DNA of 64,000 nucleotides from Bugula neritina (lineage: Eukaryota; Animalia; Bryozoa). The translations under genes were made by a program, and so were the position numbers. This document shows positions 52,101 to 64,000 of the stretch, one piece after another; the first letter of the stretch is position 1; every line of letters starts with the position of its first letter. The stretch spans positions 7,720,741 to 7,784,740 of the forward strand of contig OZ037768.1 of the NCBI GenBank assembly GCA_964035545.1, written 5' to 3'. Under the pieces are notes generated by a model. The model worked only from the letters and a program-made list of their open reading frames with translations. It had not been told where the DNA came from and did no database searches.

Positions 52101-55100
52101 ATTATGCATTAGCAGTATTGCAGTATCACTGATGTCATACGCTTTTACTGCGGTCCTATATTATACCATTTATCAAAGGCAAGCATAATAAAAACTGTTT
52201 GTTATATGTTTGCTTTTACATATTATTTCTAGCTCATTTCCTTTAGATAACAGGGTGATAATAGAAGCAGGTGTTTTATTCTATTTAAAAAGTCACGATT
52301 TGTTATTCCTAATTTTTAATTGCCAATTTAACATATTAATTTGCTTTTTCTACTTTTGTTTGTAAATAAAGATGTGCTTTATATTCAAATACAATATTAT
52401 CACAACTCTAACCTGCCTATAAGTGGTAATCAAACACTCAAGTGCATAAATCCAGTCTCAAATATCACTTATATATGATAGATTATTTTTCCCAAACAAT
52501 ATTTTATCAATAGTCATATTATAAAAGTGACATATATTTTTTATAGTTGCTGCTATTATCAATAATTGTAAAATTGAGTTTAAAAAACTAGTAGACACTA
52601 ATTAATACTTGGATTTCTAAGCCTTTACACTATTGTATGCTTTTTATATCTTAAGACTACTATCTGTTCTGTTTTCATGTGGTTATGTTAATATAAAAGG
52701 ATACATAATTAGATTTATGCTGATACAATACATTCAAATTTTTACAACCAGAAATTTTTCTTAAGACAAATATTTGAAACACATCATTAGGGTACTATAA
52801 CCAACCTTGGATATCATGTAGTAAAATGCAGCAAACCAGTGACAGAGTAGGAGAAGGATGTGGGTCAGGTTACACACCCGAAGCACATTAGGGAATGCTG
52901 CTTGGTTCTCAGCTAAGTATAGAAACTGAATCAGTCTGTAAACTTTGATATACCTTGGAAATCTGAGAAGGGGATTGATTCCTGGAAAACAAAATAGAGA
53001 TGTCAGGGTGGCAGAATGAAGGGCAATGAAAGTCTAATATCATATATTTACATAACTATATGTTTAATTTCCTCTGTTGACTTTTCAGCCAATTATTGAC
53101 AGAAAATCAGCTACGATGGTTATATAGACAGCTGTGCAGGTGCTGTCATGTGCTTGTTGATGATTTTAAATTCACCTTATGTGTCCCATGTTCTGGAACC
53201 TACTAAGGCAGTGCATAACTAATGCTTGTAATTCTCTTAGGATCAACATTGTTTACTTCAGCACACAGCTAGTTAGAAATATTTTAGGAATTAGACAATA
53301 CCTACCAACTTTTAGCTCATGATCACTGTAAATATTCTTAGTTACCATATGCGTTACAGCATATAGCAATTGCTTGCATCATCTAATAGAATTGCTATAA
53401 CTGTATATATGCATTGCCTATCTCAAACAGTGGACTATAATGTTATTGCATCTCATTTGCAAATTTGAAGTATCAATTTTCAAACTTATAATGACGACTA
53501 AAATGATATGAATGTTTGATAATTTAAAAGCTAAAGCCTCACTTATAAACACATAGATAAAAAACACAACATATACAATAGTGACTCTGCATGGTATATA
53601 AATAGATGGTCTAAAGGAAGTGCTAGTTATCTTATGTTTGTCTACTAACTGTATTTGTATAGCTGCTGTGTAAACCTACCAACACTGAGCTGTAGAAAGT
53701 CCAGGGGTAGCACTGATATCAGATCCATAATAAAATACTTAGACTTAACATAGTGCTTTGTAAGACTAAGTCGTTGAGTCACCAGTAAGCCATCTTTCAA
53801 GAAACCTGTTCTGAATTGTACCAGGATATCTATGATGTATATCAAGTCTGCTATTCCATCCAATACATACCATAACGCTGATAAATTCTCCTAAAACAAA
53901 AGATTCAACTTCTGAATTAATTTTAGCAAATAATAATATGAGCTATTGCCTGAAGATAATTGAAAATAATTGCAATCATTTCTGGAAAAAATCTGAAAAG
54001 TATTTTACAATATTTTAAAGTTAATGGCTTAAACTATTTGAGTCTAAATATTATATATATGATATAATATAAACATGGTAAACTAATAGTGGTTGAAGCA
54101 CCATTTGTGACTAGCTATTTAGTTGAAGCGATGTTTTATAAAAAAGTAATTATACAATTTTATCAGCAACGGCAGAACTATACACTTATTATATGACGTA
54201 TAAGTGTTTGTAATCATGGCTGGTCTAATGCATACACAAGACTCTGGTAACATATACAACTAGACATGACCATTCACATAATCTGAGGTGCAATAGACAT
54301 TGTAGTTAATTAAACTACAATATAAATGTTACAGATAAATATTGAAGCTGCATGTATGGTGGTGAGATGCTATACTAGTTTATATGAATACATCACCCTT
54401 TGCATGTTCTAATAGTAGAGACTAAAATCTATTGGATGCAATTTGGTGTTAAGAAAGCATATATCATTGTTTGGTAGCATGACCGAGATTGTTATATTAA
54501 TTTGCATTGCCATACTATATTTTTTATTAGTGGTTATAGTGACCAGCAGGTAAATGATTCATCATGTTTGTATGAATAGTGAGGACACTGGACACACAAA
54601 TACCAGGTGTGAAGGTAGAGACCAACAGCTGGTTGCAATCAGCTAGCTCAGAAATTGTCCCATGACTATTATATTCATATTCTATAATCTCATTAACAGT
54701 AGTTCATCCTTTGTAAAACATCATATGCTTACATTGTTCACAAAGAAATACATCTGTACTAAAAAGTGACCCTAGGATTCTGTTACAGTTGCTTGAGAGA
54801 ACTTTTTTAGGTGTAGTTGCAAGACACTAGTAAAAAAAGATAGTAAGTGAATAAGCAACATTTTTTCTATTTATTTTAATAACTGACTGCAAACAATAAT
54901 TTTAAATTAAATGTCTGCAAACTATCATTTTTATATTATATCATATGTTTTCATATTATAAACAACGTAATAATGTTGGCATTTGACTTTCTCAAGTGTG
55001 TTGGCCAGGTTTAAACAAAACTAAGAAAGACTTATAACACAGCCTTATTATGATTGAATAACTTTCCAACTGGCCGACTGGCGCATTGAGAAAACAGAAC

Positions 55101-55634
55101 TCAACGTAGAGGTTTAAAAAAAGTTGTGGAAATAACTGTAAGATCAAAAACGTTATGTGCACTTAAAGAACCATTAAATTATATTGGCAAGAAATAACAA
55201 TAAAGTAGACTGTATACCCATACCTGAATAGGGGTGAAAGCCTGTCTCAATATTAAGATCCACAAATTGTATTCCACAGTCAAAGATAGCACCATCAGCC
55301 AGTAAAACATGAAAGTTCCATCTGGGTGAAACACCACTGAGTTGGAGCATCCTTGACGCCATTGAAGGCTAGATCTTTTCACTTTAGCCTCAGCACAGCT
55401 TGAGCTGTTGTCATACCCAGACTCATCGGTTTCAGAACCAGAGCTATGCGATCTTCGGTTAGTATTAAATCTAAGAAACAAACTTTTTAATAATGTCTAC
55501 ACATATTGAGCATTCAAATAAAAATATTGGCAATACTTTTGATGGTAAAATCTTTCTCATCACAAGAAAAGCTAGAATTGCAGTTTCAAAAAAGAATATC
55601 TTCTGCATAACTAATATAATATATTACTGAGTCG

Positions 55635-55665
<31 letters not shown>

Positions 55666-56804
55666 GCACACACGCACACACGCACACACGCACACGCGAG
55701 CACACATCTATATATCTACCTTTGCATAAAACTGTCTTGCTTAGATTTTTTGTTCTGACTCTTGAAATTGCTGGCTGTGTTAACAGCATGTTTAATTGTT
55801 GTCCACTTGGTTACAGCTGATGAGTCATGCACTCTGTGGTGGAATGGAAAAGATAGGGATCTGGAAGGGGGAGCTATTTTGAGTTCTCTTTTAGAAGATT
55901 CTGTGAGTTGATTCATTGAATGGTTTCGTTTCTTACTGAAGCTGTTTCTACTGTCCTCCACATCAGCTGACAAGTGGAATAGCTCAGAGTCTTGGCTGCC
56001 AATAGTTGTAGGCTTTACGTGAAAAGAGTCTTCAGTGATTGTTTTGCCTTCTTTATCCTCGGCATCCATGGTTACCAATGGTTCTCGTATTATGCTTAAC
56101 TCTGACTTTATCCCTTCCTTAGGCTGACAGTCTGCATCTAATTCTCCAGATACAGTTGTTAGCTCAGTAGAAGGCATTGTGGTTTGTTTGTCGAGTTTTT
56201 CAATTAATTTATCAGTTTCTCCAGTAGAATGTTTTTCCTTTTCTACGTCACAACCTTCACCAAGAAGTGTTTCATCTTTTGACGTTTCTTTGTGAATCTC
56301 CACTTTTTGCTCCGACTTTTTCTCTCTGCTTTTTGAAGATTTTCGCTTTTTCTTTTTCTTTGTAGGTAAGTTTGAAACAATCACCAGATCTTCACTACCC
56401 AACTTCTAAAAACAATTGAAAACATAACTTTTAACTTAATTTACCAAATTATCTTGTTTAATTAAGTAGATTACGCTATCCTTGCCTGTAGCAATGGCAC
56501 ATTATTTCCAGCCAATCTCTAACTTGAGAAATTTCTTGACAAATTAAGCTAAAGAATTCTGTCTAACCAAGTATAATTATATTTGCAAGCAGCCAATAAA
56601 ATGATGAACTAAGCAGATGAACTAGAATATTGCATTAGTCAACAGAATATTAGATAATATGCTGTTCCTATATGAATGCCACTTGCATATGAGACAATCT
56701 TCAAGTTGGCAAATATAGTAATGCTGTCACAACAGTTGTTTCCGTAAACTCAAGATAAAAATTATACATGCAAGTCTTACCTGAATGTTATCTAAGCTAT
56801 CCAT
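46162..56804 (-). CDS. Cyclic nucleotide-gated cation channel subunit (invertebrate CNG/CNG-like type)
   Basis: Exons 56804-56781, 56405-55720, 55470-55224, 53890-53680, 52981-52806, 52025-51877, 50122-50002, 49483-49292, 48994-48753, 48483-48387, 47609-47367, 46715-46626, 46200-46162. S4 LLRFPRYIKVYR, pore SLYWSTLTLTTIGDLPSP, S6 FATIVGQVG, C-linker, CNBD FFGEIGIL..NRRTADVKSVGYSELF, C-terminal coiled coil. Confidence 0.94.
51578..51780 (+). mobile_element. tRNA-derived SINE, copy 3 (in a CNG intron)
   Basis: Collinear with the copies at 38695 and 42679; degenerate B box TTCCGAACCC. Confidence 0.85.
55633..55705. repeat. Compound (CG)n(CA)n(CGCACACA)n microsatellite
   Basis: cgcgcgcgcgcacacacacacacacacacacacgcacacacgcacacacg...; about 14 nt into the intron after the CNG exon ending at 55720. 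Confidence 0.95.
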
Positions 56805-59800
56805 CTCTCCAAGGAATGACTGCTGTTGCTTCTAAAACAGTTTTTTATAAAATCCACAGCGTCAACTGCAGGGCAAAATCATTCTCTTATAACATTATAT
56901 AGTCTCACATGTCCTTTTATACACTGGATGTTGGATTGAATGAATAAGTTATTGATTAGTAGTTGTATAATGTTTTTATAAACAGCTGCACAATTAATGG
57001 TTGCTCCCCATAATTTAAAAGCGTCAAGACAAATGAAAATTGTTTTGCGGATATCTTTATGTAAGACTACACATGGCTAATGTGATATAAAACACCTCAG
57101 ATTGCATTTCAATTGCAGTTCCTTTATTTGCTTTTATTAAAGAACAGGCCATTACACTATTTTCTGTTTATTTTGGTATATGCAGTATAGTAAGTCTGTT
57201 AAGCAAGAAATACTTCAATACTAGTTTGACACTATTTCATAAGCAAACAATTTAATTATCTTGTTATATATCAATACCCTTTCAATCCCAATTCCAGTAT
57301 GTCTTGTAGTTGTATAATCCTGTTTTGTTTTTCAATATGTAATTGTAGCAATAATTAAGAGATCCCTCCTTTAGCAGCTATGTCTAATTATAGTAACGTT
57401 GCATAAACCAGTTCAGTCATTTAGGTGCAGTAATGGGCAATCTTAATAATCTAAGTTCTTTTATTTTCTTAATAAATTTTAGCATGTGGCAAGGACTGAA
57501 AATCTCTAGAGAACATAACTTCTGTTTTTACATTTTTAATCTAAAACACAGGCTTTTTTTAATTTCATCACTACTGCACCTAAATCAGCTTGATTGAACT
57601 AAAATTCAATTTACACGCAACAAATAACTGCTCACATTTTTTCATAAGTAACTCCAGAGGCTCTCTTAAGCCTAAAATTTCCATATACATCTGTCAAGGC
57701 AGTTAATGAAGGCAGCTATATATACTAATAACTCTGAACAAGCAAAATCTTAAATTCATCGAAACTAGCAGTAAATATATTATAGAAAAGAGTATAGCAC
57801 TTCTCTAGAGACCTTATAGAGTACCAAGTTTATGTTAATTATATAGGCTTACAGAGCTTGACACTTCATTAGCTGCAGTAACGTAGCTGCTATCTCCTAT
57901 ACGTTGCACAAACCTGTCAAAGTTAAACTGCGGTGAGTTTCAGTTGATTTGAATCTGAATAAGAGAAAATTATTCCTGTTTATTCAAGGCTATAGCCTAC
58001 CTTACAGTCCTTAGTCTAAAATCTAAATAGTTTTAGTTTAAAGAATATACGCATAGCTCTGCTACAGTTAAATGTTTTACTGCACTATCCTACCCCTAGT
58101 TGTGCTCATTAATGTATAAGTTATACAAATTTGACAAATAAATTGAAGAATTATTAAGTCATGAAAGTTCATTTAAATATGGTAAATGTTTTTATTTGAT
58201 ATTTCTTTATCCTTTATCTGACCTCAACCCAGCTTTTTATTAAAATAAATAAGTAAAATTGATTTAAGAAACAGCATAAAACATATATTTACCTGAGTGA
58301 ATAATGCTTTAATCAAACCTTTAGATATATATACAATAATTTCTTTAGCAGAACTAAAATGTGCCTCCTATTAGACCACCCTCAACATTTCTAATAATCA
58401 AGATTATGACTATATTAGCCTACAAGACTACAGTATGCTTGATAACACCGATTGTGTACTATTTATATGTTGTGTAAATAGTATATCTAATAGGAATCTA
58501 TTATGCACCATAATATCTACTCTTAATTGTGTATATACTTACATGACATTACATATAGCTGCACAGTATATACATAGTTTATGATCCATTTACATCAATC
58601 TTGTGTTACTGTTTATAAAATATATTATTTCAAAAATTACTTAATATGATATTTGTTTACACAAAGATAACATTTTGGTTTTATATTCTGCCAGATCTGA
58701 TACAACAATAGCATTCATTTCTCAAGTTGATTGCATAGAATACTCAAACATAGCAAATTAAAAAAGTCCAGACATGCTTTCCAATTAAAAACAGCTAAAT
58801 TGTTATGATACATTAACATTACTATGGAAATTCTTACATAACAGGAGTATATAGAACTCTTTTCTGTTAGTAAAGGAACATTTCTTCAGTTCTTTTATAT
58901 TACTACCAACAACTGCGTTTGAATGAAATTTTCAATACATATTGGCAAACAAAAAAACTTTCTCAAAATTAATATTTTTTATTTGTCTCCAAAATAGACA
59001 TATGATTGGTATAGCATGGTATTATTTGAGAAGTTAAATGTTGACAGAATACTTTATAGTTTATGTAATTTATTATATAAATAAACGGGGTTCTAATGTT
59101 GAAAATTTTAGTGTTTCTTCAGCATCTGCAGATTCTACATACCTTGAAAAGGTTTAAGGATATGATATATTTATTAAATTAAAATTTAATATCACAGCTT
59201 GACTTAACTTTTACAAATGTACAAAATTATGCATAGCTTTAATTGTAAATCAACTCTATAATACTAGGTGCTTTTTTTGGTTTCAATAAATTAGACTTTT
59301 GTATTAGTTTATCTGTATTTTACTGTTTTAAGTTTGAATAAAGATACATGTAATGATAGTTGAAGACCAGTAGAACATAGCAATGCATAATGTTATCACT
59401 ATGTCTCCACGCTTTTAATTATTCAAATGAATTTTTTTATTTGATGCATGGGGATCTAGTGATGGACTACAAAACACTCTTATCTAGTAGTTATTAACAA
59501 CTAATCTATAATAGTGAAGAGACTGCACACTAATACTGAGCATTGTTTGTAGTATGAGGTTAAATATTTATGTTGTTTTGAAATATTATTTTACAGAAGT
59601 TGTGAGTTCAAAAGGGATAAATACCAAATATATTAACCCCAATGCATATTATTCTATCCCAAATTATTTCCCTTTATTTAGAGTTATAAAAACTGTAGAA
59701 TAAAATGTTTGTTGTAATTTTAGTGCAGAAAGTTATAAAAGAGCTAACCTGTGTACATTAAAAGTTTTAGATTAAAATAGTTTTGTAACTAATTATTTTG

Positions 59801-60796
59801 CTATTTTTAAAATAACGTAGTCATCTTTTAGCTGCAAACATCCTATAAAGTGCAGACACCTGTAAAAATCTATAGGTATCGTATATCTTATAATTATGTA
59901 TGTTTTGGATAATTATTTAAACGATCAATAAGCTTTATGCAAATATTATTATACATCGTTAAAATTTTGTCATTTAAAGTTTGTTGAATAGTTGTTAAGC
60001 ATATTTGGTTAAAGTATCCATCCTGGTGAAGAATCCCTGAGGGTAGAGGCTTTCAACCTAAGGGCTAAGCCTAAGAGTTATCTTCTCAATAAAAAAGAAA
60101 AGCCTCTACATGCTAGCAACATGATTTGAGGGCGCCTGCTTCTAGTACAACAACAGTTATTGCTAAATGCTCTTTCTGACATCATCAATAGTCTGCTGAC
60201 AGTTGAACTAATAGTTAAACCATGACTGCTTCCTTGAGTTGTTTAACAATTCGATTGTATTTTTATAAATAAAAGTTCTAAAGAGATATTACAGTTGAAT
60301 GCATTTTAATATTTGCACATTTTTTGACAAATTAGGTATTATCTCTAAAATTTTGAATAAATGTTTTTTAGCAACCAATTTTTATTTTGAAGTTGTAATA
60401 TTGCGACCTCTGCAATTAATTTCTTTGTTATGAATTGCCAACCAAGTGCTAACAATGTGAATAGTATCATCTATCAATTTTTGTTGTAATAACAATAAGT
60501 GCAGAATTTTAAAGTATATAGATATTTATATATTTTAAACTATAATATTATACTATATTACTCAGTACTTGAAAAATATTTTTTAGCTTTTTAGTAATGT
60601 CCCAGAGTTCTAGCTTTTTATCATTATAATCACTCATACTTAACCATTTTACGGTTGGGTTGTAACTATCTGAGGTGTTCAGTCTTTTAAGTAATCTGAC
60701 TAGCTTCGCTTTAACCAATGCTATTTTTGTAGTTTGATTAAAGCATACAGTTTTGTGGAAGAAAAAAAAGATGGTCCATGCATATTATAATTTGGT

Positions 60797-63177
60797 TCAA
60801 TGTGCACAAGTGCAGTCAGTTTCTAATTTTCTTTCATGGCATTGGAGGCATAACTTAGGTGGTAGTAACCTTGGTTCTACAGGGAATGCATACTTGGAGC
60901 TCATTGGGGCACAGTAAGTAACATTCCTTCCTCTTGTGCCTTTCACTTCAGGGCTCACTGTATAATAATCACCTTACTATTGGCTAGTCAAGTGTTACAT
61001 TCACAATAAAATCTAAAAGCAGTAACCTTGTTAAAAATTATATAGAAACTTCATCTTTTCCTACGCTCCACAAAATTGATCAAATAAAAAAAAACTTTAT
61101 AAAGTTGTAAATTAGCTTTTCAGCTTCTTTTATATTTAGAAAACAGATTTCAAATTGCCTACCATTTGTTGGTGAGGACAGTGGCATAAAGTACTGAGTC
61201 TCAGTCTTGGGTGGATAAATCTTCTCTTTTAACTTTGAAACTTGATGTAAAAGTTTTCTATGCTGTGCCTTGTTGGTTATTCTAGAATACTCCTGCTTTG
61301 TCACGTGCTGATAACATCTTTGTGAATTGTAGTAACTTGACAAAAATGCTTCACATTTCATCACTACAAATTTGCATAAAACCTATATTTTTGCAATTGA
61401 AAGGTTAAGACCACCAAGTAGCAACATCAACGACTGCAGTAGCTAATTGTATTTACTTGTTGTTTAGAATTTGAGCTCAAATATTCATTGAGTTAAACAC
61501 CAATTAGTGGATAATCCAGGTGGTAGTGGAATGAGTAAATGTTCAGATAACATTTTATAGATTTAAACTTCCCTGCAGGCATAATGATATTATGCTTTAG
61601 TTTAATTTATAAGAACAAGGCAGTAGGAAAAAATTCTTTCTTATGCCATTAGATTCTGTGAAACAAGTACAGCCTGGGTGAATACAAACTGTTTGTAATG
61701 AACGAAAGTGGCTTGTTACTAGAAAAGATGCAATGATTGCGTAACATAATTAGTGATAAAAATATGTAATACAAATATAAATATATAAATACAAATAATT
61801 GTTTCAATTAGTTTCTTTAACACAATTAATGTCGACTATAAAAGATGTAATATTAACATATTCTGCATTTATAGAATAAAAATATACAAGAATCGTACCC
61901 TCCACTTAGTGTTTTGATATTTCTGCAACTATTGATTACCTATTAGCAAGGCAATAAAACAGAAATCATACCATTATTTACTGTAGCTTAAGCTTACCTA
62001 CTTGACTGCGGGGATCTGCACTGCCCCCTTCCTCATGTTTATTGCAATGTTGCAGTTCTTTGGCTACATCACTGAGTAATGATAGACTCTGGTGGTTGCA
62101 CATCCTGCCTTCTGCTGTGAATCTGTTAAGTGCCTGTGTGAGTTGAAGCTGATCCTCATCTAGAATCATAGTCGGTAGTTGAGACTCCATTGCAGTGGGG
62201 TGTGAGTTCTCTGTGTCCAGAGCATAGCACAGCTTAGCAACAAAATCGTTGTAAAATAGTCTCCTATGTAACGCCTCAATCTAAAAAAAATTATTTGATA
62301 CACAACTGAATGATGTCTAATTTAATTTTGCTATAAAGTTACTTCATACTATTTTAATGCAGTTATTATAAGATGGAATTCACTAAAAAAATTATTTAAC
62401 TATAATTGCCATAGCCGTGCAGAACTTTCAACATAAGAACTAAAAAAATATATAAAAAACTATCTTTGGATTGATTATATAACTGGTTATGGAGAGCAAA
62501 GAATTATGGGAATAGTTGTAAGCGAGGCCACATGCAAAGCTCTAATACCTGTGGGGCACTGAGTCGGTTAAATTCTTCGTTGATTTCATCAGCTGTTGCA
62601 GTTCTCTTTCCAAATACAGCAACAAAGTGAGACTCTGACATTAGCTTACGTTTTTGCCGTTGATCCTGATAATATAGCAACATCTGGAGTTTATACATTT
62701 CTGATATCAAGAATAATTATTGTGATATTCTATAGCTTTCAAGCTTAATAAGAAATTGGCCTTTGATTATTCCGTAAATATATTATATTATATAAATTAT
62801 TAATGAAGTTTGACTTTTCACAAATATTTAAAAAACTCTCATTTATGACTAAAACTTATAACAATTTATCAAGTGCTTATATTACAGTGACAAGCAAATT
62901 TTCTGGTAATTGCTAAGTTCTGAGGTGATGTCGCTGCCTTGTTGCTAGTCAGCATGTCTCAAATTGCTAGACAGGTACATGTATAGGATCCCATATGTTA
63001 TTGTAAAACAGTCAAACACAGTATTTTAAGGAATATCAAATCTTGCTCTAAAAGACGACAATTCAATGGTATTTATATCATTACTTCCATATCTTCCAGC
63101 CATGCCCTGAAGCACCTTACGCACGCTTTGCAGTCACAGGTGTAGTTACTTATGCCTTCGTGTTTGTTGAACTCCAT
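60797..63177 (-). CDS. Uncharacterised multi-exon protein-coding gene with Cys clusters
   Basis: Exons ~62700-62549, 62280-61998, 61363-61163 and 60957-60797 join in phase and end KLCLQCHERKLETDCTCAH*. The candidate first exon from ATG 63177 (MEFNKHEGISNYTCDCKAC...) and its connection are uncertain. Confidence 0.6.
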
Positions 63178-64000
63178 GATGATCTCTTGAGTATCACTCA
63201 ATAACTTAAATGTGATCTCAAGTTGCAAGACAAGTTACTTGAAGCTTGGTTCTGAACTTAGAAATGTTGCTTTACTACTTCAAACGTCTTTCTGGTGATA
63301 AGAAAGACTTTCTGCTCCAAGATACGTGTTAGATGTTGCAGTGAAACAAGAATATTAATGTGAAACAATGCTAGTCACGCAATGCCGCATATTTTTGTGG
63401 TAATTGTTATCAGATAAAATTTCGTTGTTAATGAAAAACTAAAAGCAACTAACCAATAATTTATTTCTGAGCCTTTTTATGATACTTTTTGACGTTAGAT
63501 AAATACAAAATGCCACTTTTGTCAAGCAAATGCTGAAATACAAAGCCAAATTTCATTTGAAATTAGCAATTTGTCTAGTTTTGTTGATGCTTTAAAAATT
63601 TTTTTGGAAGTTATTGTTATACTTGTACGTGGTAAACTAAAATCTAACAGAGTAAAGAACAGTTTAAAAAAATAGTATAATATATATCATGACAAAACAG
63701 TGGCTATGCCTATATATTATAATTTTTGAAAAGCATTTATAAAATAGAGTATAAAAACTTACTTTTAGCTATTGCATGGTTATACTGCAATTCTTTTTAT
63801 TTTATAGTAAGCAAATTACTGCAAATATCTATTAGATATTATAAATGTAAGGCTGGGATTATATTTTGCATAGATGTTTATTTTTAGTGCCAAACTATAA
63901 TACATCAAAAATATCTTTTACTGCTCAAAACTACACCAACATTTAAATCACTGTGTTAATTTACACAACAGCAATGTAATCGAAATACAAGTCCCAAATG

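Overview
AT-rich animal (invertebrate-type) genomic DNA with GT-AG spliceosomal introns; no prokaryotic features. Gene models were assembled by hand from splice signals and reading-frame phase. In order: the 3' part of an uncharacterised acidic low-complexity gene (+); ALKBH2 (-) divergent from ELL (+); an alpha-catenin (-) divergent from UBE2G1 (+); a cyclic-nucleotide-gated channel subunit (-); and an uncharacterised Cys-containing gene (-). Repeats include three copies of a tRNA-derived SINE, an RTE LINE remnant and several tandem arrays. The most unusual signals are: (1) degenerate 6-bp-periodic tracts of roughly 0.3-1.1 kb just downstream of apparent promoters or first donors; (2) two in-frame internal ATG exons in alpha-catenin intron 7 that predict N-terminally truncated isoforms; (3) a 25-copy tandem array of the alpha-catenin exon-9 5' splice site; (4) two symmetric Tyr-rich exons expanding the alpha-catenin linker; (5) unrelated tandem repeats repeatedly abutting splice sites. 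Periodicity and homology were judged by eye, not computed.
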